64,000 nucleotides of DNA from positions 3,168,001 to 3,232,000 of the forward strand of contig OZ244070.1 of the NCBI GenBank assembly GCA_965215605.1, given 5' to 3'. The notes beneath the pieces are model-generated. The model had not been told where the DNA came from. It worked only from the letters and a program-made list of their open reading frames with translations, and ran no database searches. This document shows, one piece after another, positions 31,499-41,242 of the stretch. How positions within the stretch are numbered: the stretch's first letter is position 1; every line of letters starts with the position of its first letter. The position numbers were made by a program, and so were the translations under genes. The stretch comes from an uncultured Candidatus Binatia bacterium (GTDB taxonomy: Bacteria; Desulfobacterota; Binatia; UBA9968; JAJDTQ01).

Positions 31499-33526
31499 CT
31501 ATTGAAAGGCTCTGATGTAGGCCCGTTGCACCCTCTCGACCCGGCTGGTGTACAGCAGGCCGAGGCGGGCGAACGCTTCCAGGGCGGCGCCGTCCCCCTG
31601 GTCCACGGGGAAATGGACCACCTGGCGAAACCGCTTGATTTCCTTCTGGGACTCTTCGGTCAGGTGGTCCACCGCCTGTTGCAACTCCTCGCGGCCCTTC
31701 AGCACCTTGTTGAGGATGGGCAGCACCAGCACGTCGGCCCTGTCCTGGATGCGTGACAGGGCGGCGCTCGCCACCGGCACCACGTCGATGTCGAGGTCCG
31801 ACAGGAAGTGGCTCAACCGCTGGCCCACGTTGTCTTTCAGGAACGCTTCCGGCACCGCCACGGCGTGGCGCAGCCGCCGCCGCATCCACCGCCAGCGTAT
31901 GGCGCCGGGGTATACTTCGCGTTTGAGCTTCCTCAGGTAGTCCTTGCTCAGCTCGCCCCAGGTCTGCTCCACCGCGGCGCTTTCCACGAAAGGCTCGCCG
32001 GCCACCGTCTCGGGATCGCCGTGGGCTTTGTCCACGTAGTCGTGGAAGTGCTTCTCCGAGATCATGTAGCTGATGGCGTAGTCCAGCTTCTCGAAGCTGG
32101 GGCGGGGCCACATGATGTTCCGCAGGGTCTTGAGAAAGAAACGGCGCCGGGCACGGTCGGTGGTGAAGATGTAGTGCCGGAAAGTGTTGGCCAGTATGCC
32201 GAGGACCTCCCGATCGATCTTGCTTCCCCGGCCCCGGCGCACGTACTCCGGCCGGAATGCCTTCACCCCGGTGGCCAGCCGCGCGCCGTAGTTTTCGTAC
32301 TTGTAGAGGCTCCGAATCAGCCAGTTGTAGCCCTGCTGGACCTGCTCGACGGTCATCAGCTTGGGCACGAAGTTCAGGTCCGCGGAGCCGTGCCCCTTCA
32401 TCTGCGCGGAGTCGTAGGGGATCAGCCGGCCTTCCTTCTCCAGGCGTTCGTAGAGCGGCGTCTTCTCGATGGCGGTCAGCACGCCGCTGGTGGTGAAGGC
32501 GATGCCGGCTTCCTGGAGGAAGTCGAACTGCTCCTTGAAGATGTCGGTGTCGTCGTTGTCGAAGCCGACGATCATGCCCGCCAGGATCGCCATGTTGTGG
32601 GACTGGATCTTGCGGATGCTCTCCATCAGCGGCGAGGTGGTGTTCTGCCGCTTCTGGGTCTCGGTGAGGCTCGCCACCCGCGGCGACTCGATGCCCAGGA
32701 ACATGCTGGTGAAGTTGGCGTCGTGCAGCAACTGGAGCAGCCTGGGCTTCTCCGCCACGTTGATGGTCATCTCCGCCGAGAAATTGATGGGATAGTTGTT
32801 GGCGCGGCCGTATTCCGCCACTGCGGTCAGCAACTCCTCGGCGTAGCGCATGTTGCCGATGAGGTTGGCATCCGAGAAGCTGATGTGTATGCCGCCGACG
32901 GACTCCACCGCCCGGATTTCCGCCAGCACCTGATCCACGTTCTTGGTGCGCGGCACCCGGCCGTCGGTGATGATGATGTCGCAGAACTCGCACTTGAAGG
33001 GACAGCCCCGGGTGGTCTGCAGGAAGTAGTAGAGGTAATCGTCACGGGGGGCCAGATCCACCCGCGGCACCGGCGAGAGCGTGATGTCGACGTTGCCTTC
33101 CTGCTTGTAGAGAGCCTGGTGACTGCCCGACCGGAGGTCGTCGCAGAACTGCGGCCAGGTGATCTCCACTTCGCCGTCAAAGACCACGTCGAAGAGCCCG
33201 TCGGTGAAGCGCTCGGGACACAGGGAGGGGTACGGGCCGCCCGCCACCACCATCTTCCCGCGCTTCCGGAACGCTTCCGCGATACGCCGGGCGCGGCCGT
33301 ACTGGATGCTCCAGCAGGCAATGGCCACCACGTCGGCATCGGTTTCGAAATCGAGCGGCTTGACGTTCTCGTCCTGCAGCTCCACGTCGAAGTCCGGCGG
33401 CGTCAGGGCGGCCACGGTGAGGAGCCCCAGCGGCGTCTGCGCGCAACGCTGCGGCAGGATGTCGGTGATGCCGGTCAGCCGCCACAGCGAGTTCGGAAAG
33501 CGCGGATTGACGAACAGTATTTTCAT
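31499..33526 (-). CDS. B12-binding radical SAM protein (DUF4070-type) with extra C-terminal domain
   Basis: PLGLLTVAAL and GGPY B12-binding region, RGCPFKCEFCD CxxxCxxC, GIES, IVGFDND, TPLYERLEKEGRL. Confidence 0.93.
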   Translation of the reverse strand: MKILFVNPRFPNSLWRLTGITDILPQRCAQTPLGLLTVAALTPPDFDVELQDENVKPLDFETDADVVAIACWSIQYGRARRIAEAFRKRGKMVVAGGPYPSLCPERFTDGLFDVVFDGEVEITWPQFCDDLRSGSHQALYKQEGNVDITLSPVPRVDLAPRDDYLYYFLQTTRGCPFKCEFCDIIITDGRVPRTKNVDQVLAEIRAVESVGGIHISFSDANLIGNMRYAEELLTAVAEYGRANNYPINFSAEMTINVAEKPRLLQLLHDANFTSMFLGIESPRVASLTETQKRQNTTSPLMESIRKIQSHNMAILAGMIVGFDNDDTDIFKEQFDFLQEAGIAFTTSGVLTAIEKTPLYERLEKEGRLIPYDSAQMKGHGSADLNFVPKLMTVEQVQQGYNWLIRSLYKYENYGARLATGVKAFRPEYVRRGRGSKIDREVLGILANTFRHYIFTTDRARRRFFLKTLRNIMWPRPSFEKLDYAISYMISEKHFHDYVDKAHGDPETVAGEPFVESAAVEQTWGELSKDYLRKLKREVYPGAIRWRWMRRRLRHAVAVPEAFLKDNVGQRLSHFLSDLDIDVVPVASAALSRIQDRADVLVLPILNKVLKGREELQQAVDHLTEESQKEIKRFRQVVHFPVDQGDGAALEAFARLGLLYTSRVERVQRAYIRAFQ

Positions 33527-33722
33527 GGCGTTAAACTCCTCGAAGAGTCGATGCTCCTGTTTCGCTCCGTGGTTTCCCTTTTGTTCCTGGGGCGGTTTAG
33601 TGATAACCTGCGCCGAGACGCGGTCAAATCATACAATAGACTGAATTTACGCCACGTTAACAGCCGTCCGATGGCGATGTCAAGATCGATTTGCCGTTTC
33701 TCCCTCAACGCCGCCGATATCC

Positions 33723-34400
33723 ATGATTCAGCTCCACAACGTCTCCAAGCTCTACCCTCCGGACAACACCGGGGTCCGGGACATCGGGTTCCAGGTGGAG
33801 GACGGGGAGTTCGTGTTCCTGTGCGGCCCCAGCGGGGCCGGCAAGACCACCTTGCTGCGGCTGCTGTTCCGTTCCGAGCAGGCCACCGAGGGCCAGGTCA
33901 TCGTCAACGGGCGGAATATCACGCGCCTGAAAGGCAAGGGCCTTGCGGCCTTCAGGCAGCGGCTGGGGCTGGTGTTCCAGGACTTCAAGCTGATCCCGCA
34001 CATGAACGCGCTGGAAAACGTGTCGCTGGCCGCGGACGTCACCGGCGTTTCCTGGCGCCAGAGCCGCCGCAAGGCCTTTGCGCTCCTGTCCGAGCTCGGC
34101 TTGAAGGAGAAGTACGGGACGCTGCCGCCCGCCCTCTCGGGCGGCGAACAGCAGCGCGTGGCCATTGCCCGCGCGCTGGTGAACGATCCGGAACTGGTGC
34201 TGGCCGACGAGCCCACCGGAAACCTGGACCCGGAGATGGCCGACGACACCATGCGGTTGTTCGCCCGAATCCAGCGGCGGGGAACCACCGTGCTCGTCGC
34301 CACCCACGACCCCCGTCTCCTGCGGCGCTTCGAGGGCCGTGTGCTGATGATGCGCCAGGGGCGTCTGATCGGTGAGCAACACACGGCCGGGGCGCGATGA
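33723..34400 (+). CDS. ftsE: Cell division ATP-binding protein FtsE
   Basis: GPSGAGKT, VFQDFKL, LSGGEQQRVAIARA, ADEPTGNLD; upstream of ftsX. Confidence 0.95.
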   Translation: MIQLHNVSKLYPPDNTGVRDIGFQVEDGEFVFLCGPSGAGKTTLLRLLFRSEQATEGQVIVNGRNITRLKGKGLAAFRQRLGLVFQDFKLIPHMNALENVSLAADVTGVSWRQSRRKAFALLSELGLKEKYGTLPPALSGGEQQRVAIARALVNDPELVLADEPTGNLDPEMADDTMRLFARIQRRGTTVLVATHDPRLLRRFEGRVLMMRQGRLIGEQHTAGAR

Positions 34401-35293
34401 AGTCGGCCCACGTCGTTTTCGTGGCCGGCCGCGTGGCCAGGAGTCTGCGGGAGCTGTTCTGGACGCATCTCCTGACCGCCGGCATCGTCGCCATGACCCT
34501 CTCGGTGTTCGGCGGTTTCCTGCTGCTTCAGGACAATGTGCGCGGATTGGTGAGGGGCTGGAGCGACGAGATCCAGGTGTTCGTCTACCTGGGCGACGGC
34601 GTCGACCCGGCCGCCGGGGAGGCCCTCCGGGCCAGGCTGGCGGCTTTGCCGGAGGTGAAGGCCGCGCGTTACGTCTCCAAGGCGCGCGCCTGGGATGAGT
34701 TCGGGAAGACGCTGGGATCGCAGTCCGGGATCCTGGAGGGCCTGGACCCGCGGATGTTGCCGGCGTCCGTCGACCTCGAGCTGCGGTCCGGTCACCGCTC
34801 GCGCGAAGCCGTGTTGGGGCTGGTGCGCCGTGTGGCTGTCCTGGAAGGGGTCGAGGAGGTGGAGTACCCGGAGACGTGGCTCGAAAAGATGCGGCTCCTG
34901 CTGGCGGCCGTCGAATGGCTGAAGTGGGTGGTCGGCGGGTTTCTTTTCCTGGTGGCCTTCCTGATCGTCGGCGGCACCATCAAGCTCGCCATCGTCGCGC
35001 GGCAGGACGAGATCGAGATCATGCAGTTGGTGGGGGCCCCCGCCGGCCTGATCAAGGCCCCTTTCGTCATCGAGGGAATGGTTCAGGGGCTGGCGGGGGC
35101 CGGATTGGCCGTGGCCTTGCTGCGGGCGGCGTTCTCGCTGCTGACGGCGGACCTTCTGGCCCCTTTCGGCGCGCTGGTGGCGGGTGAGCAGTTGGTGTTC
35201 CTGGACGTCTCCCAGCACGTCCGTCTCGCTCTCATGGGCTGGCTGCTGGGGACCGCCGGGAGTATGCTGTCGGTGAAGCGGTATTTGGCGTGA
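34397..35293 (+). CDS. ftsX: Cell division permease FtsX
   Basis: 4-TM topology, EIEIMQLVGA...IKAPFVIEG. Confidence 0.95.
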   Translation: MKSAHVVFVAGRVARSLRELFWTHLLTAGIVAMTLSVFGGFLLLQDNVRGLVRGWSDEIQVFVYLGDGVDPAAGEALRARLAALPEVKAARYVSKARAWDEFGKTLGSQSGILEGLDPRMLPASVDLELRSGHRSREAVLGLVRRVAVLEGVEEVEYPETWLEKMRLLLAAVEWLKWVVGGFLFLVAFLIVGGTIKLAIVARQDEIEIMQLVGAPAGLIKAPFVIEGMVQGLAGAGLAVALLRAAFSLLTADLLAPFGALVAGEQLVFLDVSQHVRLALMGWLLGTAGSMLSVKRYLA

Positions 35294-35332
35294 CGCCGTC
35301 ACCGCCGCAGGAAGGTTTTCGCGAAACCGGTC

Positions 35333-36490
35333 ATGAATGCCAACCGTATCAGCCGCCGCGTCGTGGCCGTGGCGGGGCTTTGCCTCTCTTTCGCGTGCCT
35401 CGGACCCGCCGGGGCGGAAGAGGCCGGCGAATTGGAGGAGTTGAGGCAGCGCATCCGGCAGGGCCAGGCGGCGCTCGAAAGAGTACGGCGCGGGGAGTCT
35501 TCGGTCCTGGAGGTTCTGGACGAGATAGGGGGCGCGCTGGATCGCAAGAGCGGGCGGCTCGAGACCCTGAATTCGCGTCTGCGGCAGCGCCGGCGGGACG
35601 TGGCAGCGGCGGAGGCGGCGGCCGGCGAGGCCTGGGCGGCCTTCGAGGAAGGACGGCGGGCCCTTGCCGGCAGGGCGCGGGCGCTCTACCGGTGGCAGCG
35701 GGCGGGGACCCCGTTCGTGCTTCTCAACGGCGAGTTCTCGGTGACCGAGCTGATGCGGCGCAAGCGGCACCTGGAGAACATGCTTTCCCGGGACCACGCG
35801 CTCATACGGCGGCTCTCACGCAACGTCCGCCGCAGCCGGGACCTCCGAGCGGCGGTGACGGCCAGGCGGCGGGAGCTTGCGGAGGAGCGCGACGCCGTTG
35901 CCGCGTTGCGCGGCGAGCTCGCCAGGGAAAGGGCGCGCAAGCAGGAGACCCTCGCCGTCCTGCGACGCGAGCGCGAGTTCCAGGCCCGGACGTTGACCGA
36001 GCTGGAGCAGGCCGCCCGCCGTCTCGCGGGGATCATCGACGGTTCCGAGAAGAGCCGCGGGCCGGTTGTGGGCCCGGCGCCGGGCCTCCCGGCCGCCGGC
36101 CGGGGGCTGGAGCTTCCGGTGACGGGCAGGATCGTGAGCGGATTCGGCATCCATAAACACCCGGATCTGAACGTCGACGTACACCGTCCCGGGATCGACA
36201 TCGCAGCGCCCGCGGGCGCCGAGATCCGGGCCGTGGAACGCGGCAGGGTGCTGTTCGCCGATCGGCTGCCGGGCTACGGGCGGATGCTCATCATCGATCA
36301 CGGCAAGCGTCACTATACGGTCTACGGGCACCTCTCGAAGCTCGACAAGGGGGTCGGGGACCGGGTGGAGCGGGGCCAGCGGATCGCTTGGGTGGGGGAC
36401 GGCTCGGCGTCCGGACAGTCGCGGCTCTACTTCGAGGTCCGGAAGAACGGCAAGCCGGTGGACCCGGCTCCCTGGTTCCGCCGGTCGTAG
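35333..36490 (+). CDS. envC: Murein hydrolase activator EnvC (coiled coil + degenerate M23)
   Basis: Signal, long coiled coil, GIDI, GYG..LIIDHG, LYFEVRK; follows ftsEX. Confidence 0.9.
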   Translation: MNANRISRRVVAVAGLCLSFACLGPAGAEEAGELEELRQRIRQGQAALERVRRGESSVLEVLDEIGGALDRKSGRLETLNSRLRQRRRDVAAAEAAAGEAWAAFEEGRRALAGRARALYRWQRAGTPFVLLNGEFSVTELMRRKRHLENMLSRDHALIRRLSRNVRRSRDLRAAVTARRRELAEERDAVAALRGELARERARKQETLAVLRREREFQARTLTELEQAARRLAGIIDGSEKSRGPVVGPAPGLPAAGRGLELPVTGRIVSGFGIHKHPDLNVDVHRPGIDIAAPAGAEIRAVERGRVLFADRLPGYGRMLIIDHGKRHYTVYGHLSKLDKGVGDRVERGQRIAWVGDGSASGQSRLYFEVRKNGKPVDPAPWFRRS

Positions 36491-36565
36491 TGTGGTGTCT
36501 CACAAACAGGCCCCCGTGCGCGTTTGCGTCAGCGCCGGTTTGCGGAGCGGGTTCCAGGGCACTAG
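36488..36565. repeat. TAG/CTAG-bounded MITE-like repeat remnant
   Basis: TAGTGTGGTGTCTCACAAACA begins at the envC stop and ends CACTAG; same motif at 46357-46382 (reverse) and 50275. Confidence 0.6.
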
Positions 36566-36592
36566 AATCAATCAGCCGGAGGAGACCATACG

Positions 36593-37903
36593 ATGAAGCT
36601 GTGGAATGGAAAACACCGGGTGCTTGGCTGGTTTCTGGCCCTGGGGTGGGTGCTGTTCGTCGCCGGGTTGCTGGTGCCGCGGGTTTCGGCGGTGGGGCCC
36701 GGCGGATACCGGAGCCTGGAAACCTTCGCCAACATCCTCGCCATCGTCCAGCGGAACTACGTCAAGGAAGTGGAAACGGACAAGCTCGTCACCGGCGCCA
36801 TCAAGGGCATGCTGGCCTCGCTGGATCCCCACAGCAGCTATTTGACGGAGGACGCGTACCAGGATCTCCAGACCGAGACCGAGGGTCGCTTCGGCGGCCT
36901 TGGACTGGAGATCACCATGCGCAACGGCGTGCTGACCGTGGTGTCGCCCATCGAGGGCACCCCGGCCTCCCGCGCCGGCGTCCAGCCGGGCGACCAGATC
37001 GTCGGCATCGACGATCGGTCCACCGAAGAGATGAGCCTCATTGACGCCGTCAAGCGGCTCCGGGGTCCCCGGGACTCCAGCGTCACGATCCGGGTGCGGC
37101 GAAAGGACCACGACAAGCTTTTGACCTTCACCATCGTCCGCGACGTCATCGAGGTCAGCAGCGTGCGCGCCTACGTCCTGGAGCCGGGCTTCCTCTACGT
37201 GCGCATCGCGCAGTTCCAGGACCGCACCAGCGGGAACCTGGCCGCCGCCGTCATCAAGAACCAGCCCGCCGCCGGGTCGTTCAAGGGTCTCGTGCTCGAC
37301 CTGCGCAACAACCCCGGAGGCTTGCTGAGTCAGGCCGTGCGGGTCTCGGACCTCTTCCTGGATTCGGGCCTGATCGTGTACACCGACGGGCGTCTGGACC
37401 AGCAGAAGCAGAAGTTCTCCGCCAACCGCCCCAACTCCAGGACCGATTTTCCGATGGTGGTGCTGGTGAACGGCGGCAGCGCCAGCGCTTCCGAGATCGT
37501 GGCCGGGGCGCTCCAGGACCACAAGCGCGCGCTGATCCTGGGCACGAAGACCTTCGGCAAGGGCTCCGTGCAGACGATTCTTCCGCTGGACGACCGTTCG
37601 GCGCTTCGGCTGACCACGGCGGAGTACTTCACGCCCAACGGCCGGTCGATCCACGAGACCGGCATTCAGCCGGACATCGTCATGGAACGAAGCGCGCCGG
37701 CGGCGCCCGCCGTGAGCGCGGAAGGGGCCCAGGGGAAGAGCCCCGGGGAAGCCCCGCCGAAGGCGGCTCCCGGCGGTAGCGCCGAACCCCCGGACAGCAT
37801 CGCGCAGAGGGTCAAGAACGATCCCCATGTGGCCCGGGCGCTGGAGCTGCTCAAGGGCTGGGAGATGTTCCGCGGGCTCGCCGGGTCGGGCAAGGCCACC
37901 TGA
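36593..37903 (+). CDS. ctpA: Carboxy-terminal processing protease (S41 family)
   Basis: LDPHS, PDZ GLG, DLRNNPGG, SASASEI, TFGKGSVQ. Confidence 0.95.
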   Translation: MKLWNGKHRVLGWFLALGWVLFVAGLLVPRVSAVGPGGYRSLETFANILAIVQRNYVKEVETDKLVTGAIKGMLASLDPHSSYLTEDAYQDLQTETEGRFGGLGLEITMRNGVLTVVSPIEGTPASRAGVQPGDQIVGIDDRSTEEMSLIDAVKRLRGPRDSSVTIRVRRKDHDKLLTFTIVRDVIEVSSVRAYVLEPGFLYVRIAQFQDRTSGNLAAAVIKNQPAAGSFKGLVLDLRNNPGGLLSQAVRVSDLFLDSGLIVYTDGRLDQQKQKFSANRPNSRTDFPMVVLVNGGSASASEIVAGALQDHKRALILGTKTFGKGSVQTILPLDDRSALRLTTAEYFTPNGRSIHETGIQPDIVMERSAPAAPAVSAEGAQGKSPGEAPPKAAPGGSAEPPDSIAQRVKNDPHVARALELLKGWEMFRGLAGSGKAT

Positions 37904-37916
37904 GGCGGACCGGTCG

Positions 37917-39146
37917 ATGTCCCGTCCCTTCGCTCGCGGCCCCGACGCCGGTCCGTCTTCGGTGCTTACGGTCGGCGAGCTGAACGAGATCATCCGGGAT
38001 CGGCTGGAGACGGGACTCGGCGCGTTGTGGGTGGCGGGCGAGCTCTCCAACGTGCGTTTCCCTCCGTCCGGACACGTCTACTTCACCCTCAAGGACGCTC
38101 AGTCGCAGATATCCGCGGTGCTGTTCCGCCGCCACGCCGAGAGCCTGCGGTTCCGTCTGGAAGACGGCATGCAGGTGGTCTGCTCCGGACGCGTGGGGCT
38201 GTACACGGTGCGGGGCGCGCTCCAGTTCTATGCCGTCGAGATGGAAGCCCGGGGCAAGGGCGCGTTGACGGCCGCCTTCGAGCAGTTGAAGAAGAGGCTC
38301 TTGCAGGAAGGGTTGTTCGACCAGGAACGCAAGCAGCCGCTGCCGTTCCTGCCGCGGACGGTGGGGATCGTCACGTCGCTTCAGGGCGCGGCGGTCCGGG
38401 ACATGCTGCGCATCATCGGCGACCGGTTCCCGGACCGCCGGGTGGTGATCCGGCCGGCGCGGGTGCAGGGACCGGGGTCCGCGGAAGAGATCGCCCAGGC
38501 GATCCGCGAGCTCGATGAGAGCGGCATGATCGACGTCATGATCGTGGGCCGGGGCGGCGGTTCGCTGGAGGACCTCTGGGCCTTCAACGAGGAAGCGGTG
38601 GCCCGCGCCATGCACGCCGCGGCGGTTCCGGTCGTCTCCGCGGTAGGGCACGAGATCGACGTCACCATCGCGGACTTCGTTGCGGACCGGCGCGCGGCCA
38701 CGCCCACGGCGGCGGCCGAGATGGTCGTGCCGGACAGAAACGGACTGGCGGAGCACGTGGGGTTGCTGGCGCGGCGCCTGCACCGGGGCACGGCCGGCCG
38801 GCTGGAGCGCCAGCGGGAGGGCCTGCGGCATTGGGCCCGCCGGCTGGCCGATCCCAGCCGGGGCCTGCGCCAAGGGCAGATGCGTCTGGACGATCTCTCG
38901 CTGCGGTTGCGGCGCCGTCAGGAGGATTCGGTGTCGAGGCTGAGAGAGCGCCTGGGCCACCTCGCGGGAAGACTGGAAAGCGTGAACCCGCTGGCGGTCC
39001 TGAGGCGCGGCTACAGCATCGTGTACCGGGTTTCCGACGGCAGCATCGTTACGGACGCTTCGTCCCTGCGAAAGGGTCATCAGGTGCGCGTGGACTTCGC
39101 CGCCGGGCGGGCGACATGCCGGGTGGAAGACGTGGAGGAGTGCTAG
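37917..39146 (+). CDS. xseA: Exodeoxyribonuclease VII large subunit
   Basis: GELSN...SGHVYFTLKD, GRGGGSLEDLWAFN, SAVGHEID, TPTAAAE, LRRGYS. Confidence 0.97.
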   Translation: MSRPFARGPDAGPSSVLTVGELNEIIRDRLETGLGALWVAGELSNVRFPPSGHVYFTLKDAQSQISAVLFRRHAESLRFRLEDGMQVVCSGRVGLYTVRGALQFYAVEMEARGKGALTAAFEQLKKRLLQEGLFDQERKQPLPFLPRTVGIVTSLQGAAVRDMLRIIGDRFPDRRVVIRPARVQGPGSAEEIAQAIRELDESGMIDVMIVGRGGGSLEDLWAFNEEAVARAMHAAAVPVVSAVGHEIDVTIADFVADRRAATPTAAAEMVVPDRNGLAEHVGLLARRLHRGTAGRLERQREGLRHWARRLADPSRGLRQGQMRLDDLSLRLRRRQEDSVSRLRERLGHLAGRLESVNPLAVLRRGYSIVYRVSDGSIVTDASSLRKGHQVRVDFAAGRATCRVEDVEEC

Positions 39147-39215
39147 GGCCGGAATTTGACCCGCCCGCCGCCGCATGACGCTGTCGGCCGATGGGTCCGC
39201 AAGGGAGGAGTCAGG

Positions 39216-39488
39216 ATGTCTCGGGAAGAGCGGGCGCCGCAGGACGGCGCCCATGAGGACAAGAGCTTCGAGGAGTGTCTTCGGGCCCTCGAAGCAGTGG
39301 TGGAACGCATCGAGAGCGGGGAACTGAACCTTGAAGAATCGCTGGCGACCTTCGAGGAGGGAGTCGGGCTGGTCCAGTCCTGCAACCGCAAGCTGAGCGA
39401 GGTGGAGCGCCGGATCGAGGTGCTGACCAAGGACCCGGACGGCCGCCCCAGGCTGCAGGAATGGACGGAGGAGGAGGCTCCCGACTAG
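39216..39488 (+). CDS. xseB: Exodeoxyribonuclease VII small subunit
   Basis: SFEE...LE.VV..IESGELNLEESL..FEEG; strong GGAGGAG RBS. Confidence 0.95.
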   Translation: MSREERAPQDGAHEDKSFEECLRALEAVVERIESGELNLEESLATFEEGVGLVQSCNRKLSEVERRIEVLTKDPDGRPRLQEWTEEEAPD

Positions 39489-39518
39489 GCCGCCGGGACC
39501 GGGCGCCTAGAGAACGTC

Positions 39519-40337
39519 ATGTCCGTCGCGAAAGAGCCGGAGGCGCGAAAGGCTTCGCGCAAGGAACGTCTCGACCGTGTGCTGGTGGACGCGTCCCTGT
39601 GCCGAAGCCGCGAAGAGGCCCAAAGGTACATCCTGGCGGGAGCCGTGCTGGTGGACGACGTGCCCGTCACCAAGGCGGGCGCGCTGATAAGACGCGATTC
39701 CCGGGTACGGGTCAAGGCTTCCTCGCGTTACGCCAGCCGCGGCGGAGAGAAGCTCGAGGCGGCCCTGGAGCATTACGGCGTGAAGGCGGCAGGCAGGGTG
39801 GCGCTGGACGTGGGAGCTTCCACCGGCGGTTTCACGGATTGCCTGCTCGCTCACGGCGCGATGCGTGTCCACGCCGTGGACGTGGGTTACGGGCAACTCG
39901 AGTGGCGGCTCCGGCAAGACCCCCGCGTGGTCGTGCTGGAGCGGACCAATATCCGCCGTCTCGAGCCCGGCGCGTTGGGCGAGGAGCCGGACCTCGCCGT
40001 CGTGGACGTCTCCTTCATATCGCTGCGGCTGGTCCTCCCGCGCGTGTGCGGTCTGCTGTCCCGCCCGTTCGACGTCATGGCGCTCATCAAGCCCCAGTTC
40101 GAGGTGGGCAGGGGCAAGGTCGGCAAAGGGGGGGTGGTACGTTCGGAACAGGAACACCGGCGCGTCATCGGCGAGATCGAGGAGGCGGTGGACGCGCTGG
40201 GGCTGACGCGGCGGCCGGTCTTCCAGTCGCCGCTGCTGGGGCCCAAGGGCAACCGGGAGTTCTTCATCCACTGCCGTTCGCGGGCCGTCCTGGGTCCCGA
40301 TTCAAATGCCGTTGACGGGGTTGACTTGGGTGACTGA
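39519..40337 (+). CDS. tlyA: TlyA family rRNA 2'-O-methyltransferase
   Basis: S4 domain ERLD, YASRGGEKL, DVGASTGGFTD, DVSFISL, LIKPQFE, GPKGNREF. Confidence 0.96.
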   Translation: MSVAKEPEARKASRKERLDRVLVDASLCRSREEAQRYILAGAVLVDDVPVTKAGALIRRDSRVRVKASSRYASRGGEKLEAALEHYGVKAAGRVALDVGASTGGFTDCLLAHGAMRVHAVDVGYGQLEWRLRQDPRVVVLERTNIRRLEPGALGEEPDLAVVDVSFISLRLVLPRVCGLLSRPFDVMALIKPQFEVGRGKVGKGGVVRSEQEHRRVIGEIEEAVDALGLTRRPVFQSPLLGPKGNREFFIHCRSRAVLGPDSNAVDGVDLGD

Positions 40338-40348
40338 TTGGCTATAGT
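40321..40348 (+). promoter_or_regulatory. Sigma70 promoter for the rpsU-cvpA-dnaG-rpoD operon
   Basis: TTGACT-16 nt-TATAGT about 30 nt upstream of the rpsU start. Confidence 0.6.
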
Positions 40349-40377
40349 TCGACTGACTCAAGGAGTGAACAAAGCCT

Positions 40378-40578
40378 ATGACAGGGGTTCGAATCAAGGA
40401 CAACGAGTCCATCGAGAGCGCCATCCGGCGTTTCAAGAAACAGTGCGAGAAAGCCGGAATCCTGGCGGAGTTGCGCAAGCGGGAACACTACGAAAAGCCT
40501 AGCGTCAAGCGGAAGAGGAAGGCCATCGCAGCCAAGAAGCGTGCCATGAAGCGGGCTCGAAGCCACCAGTGGTATTAG
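40378..40578 (+). CDS. rpsU: 30S ribosomal protein S21
   Basis: [12 protein letters not shown]...[13 protein letters not shown]. Confidence 0.98.
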   Translation: MTGVRIKDNESIESAIRRFKKQCEKAGILAELRKREHYEKPSVKRKRKAIAAKKRAMKRARSHQWY

Positions 40579-40708
40579 CGGACTGCGACCAGAAGCTTGG
40601 GCACAACACAATGGCAGTGACTGGCCGAGTCTGATCGGAGAAGGGCCCATGAGGTTCGCGTTGGATCTCTTCCGGGTTCCGGAGACCGACAACTCCGAAT
40701 AGGCCATT

Positions 40709-41242
40709 GTGAACATCGTCGACGCAGTGTTGGCAGCGGTCCTTTGCGTGTTCGCCGTAAGGGGGTACATCAAGGGGCTGTTCCGGGAGGTATTCGCCTT
40801 GCTGGGCCTCGCGGGTGGCTTTATCTTGTCCGTACGCTACTACGAACCGGTTTCGCTCTGGATCGATTTCTGGCCCTATTCGCCGCTCCTCCTCAAAGGC
40901 TTCGTTTTCGCGATTCTTTTCTTCCTCGTCTACATCGCCTTCAACTGGGTGGGGTTCAGGCTCCACCGGGCGGCCAACGTCTTTTTCCTCGGCGGGTTCG
41001 ACCGGTTCGGGGGGGTGCTGGTGGGAGGCTCCAAGGGCGCGTTGTTTCTGGGGATCGGGCTGTTTTTCCTCGTCTCCCAGTCCTGGGTTCCCAGGGACTT
41101 TCAGCAGCAGTTCGGCACCGCGGCCCTGGTCGCTCCTCTGTTGGGCTTCGGGGCATGGGCGGTGACGAAGGGTCCCGGCTTGGCGTGGCCCGGCGCATCC
41201 GGAACGGATTCGATGCCGGGCGACCCGCAACGCGGCGCATGA
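40709..41242 (+). CDS. cvpA: CvpA family (colicin V production) membrane protein
   Basis: MNIVD...RGYIKGLFRE, DRFGG..G..KG; 4 TM. Confidence 0.9.
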   Translation: MNIVDAVLAAVLCVFAVRGYIKGLFREVFALLGLAGGFILSVRYYEPVSLWIDFWPYSPLLLKGFVFAILFFLVYIAFNWVGFRLHRAANVFFLGGFDRFGGVLVGGSKGALFLGIGLFFLVSQSWVPRDFQQQFGTAALVAPLLGFGAWAVTKGPGLAWPGASGTDSMPGDPQRGA

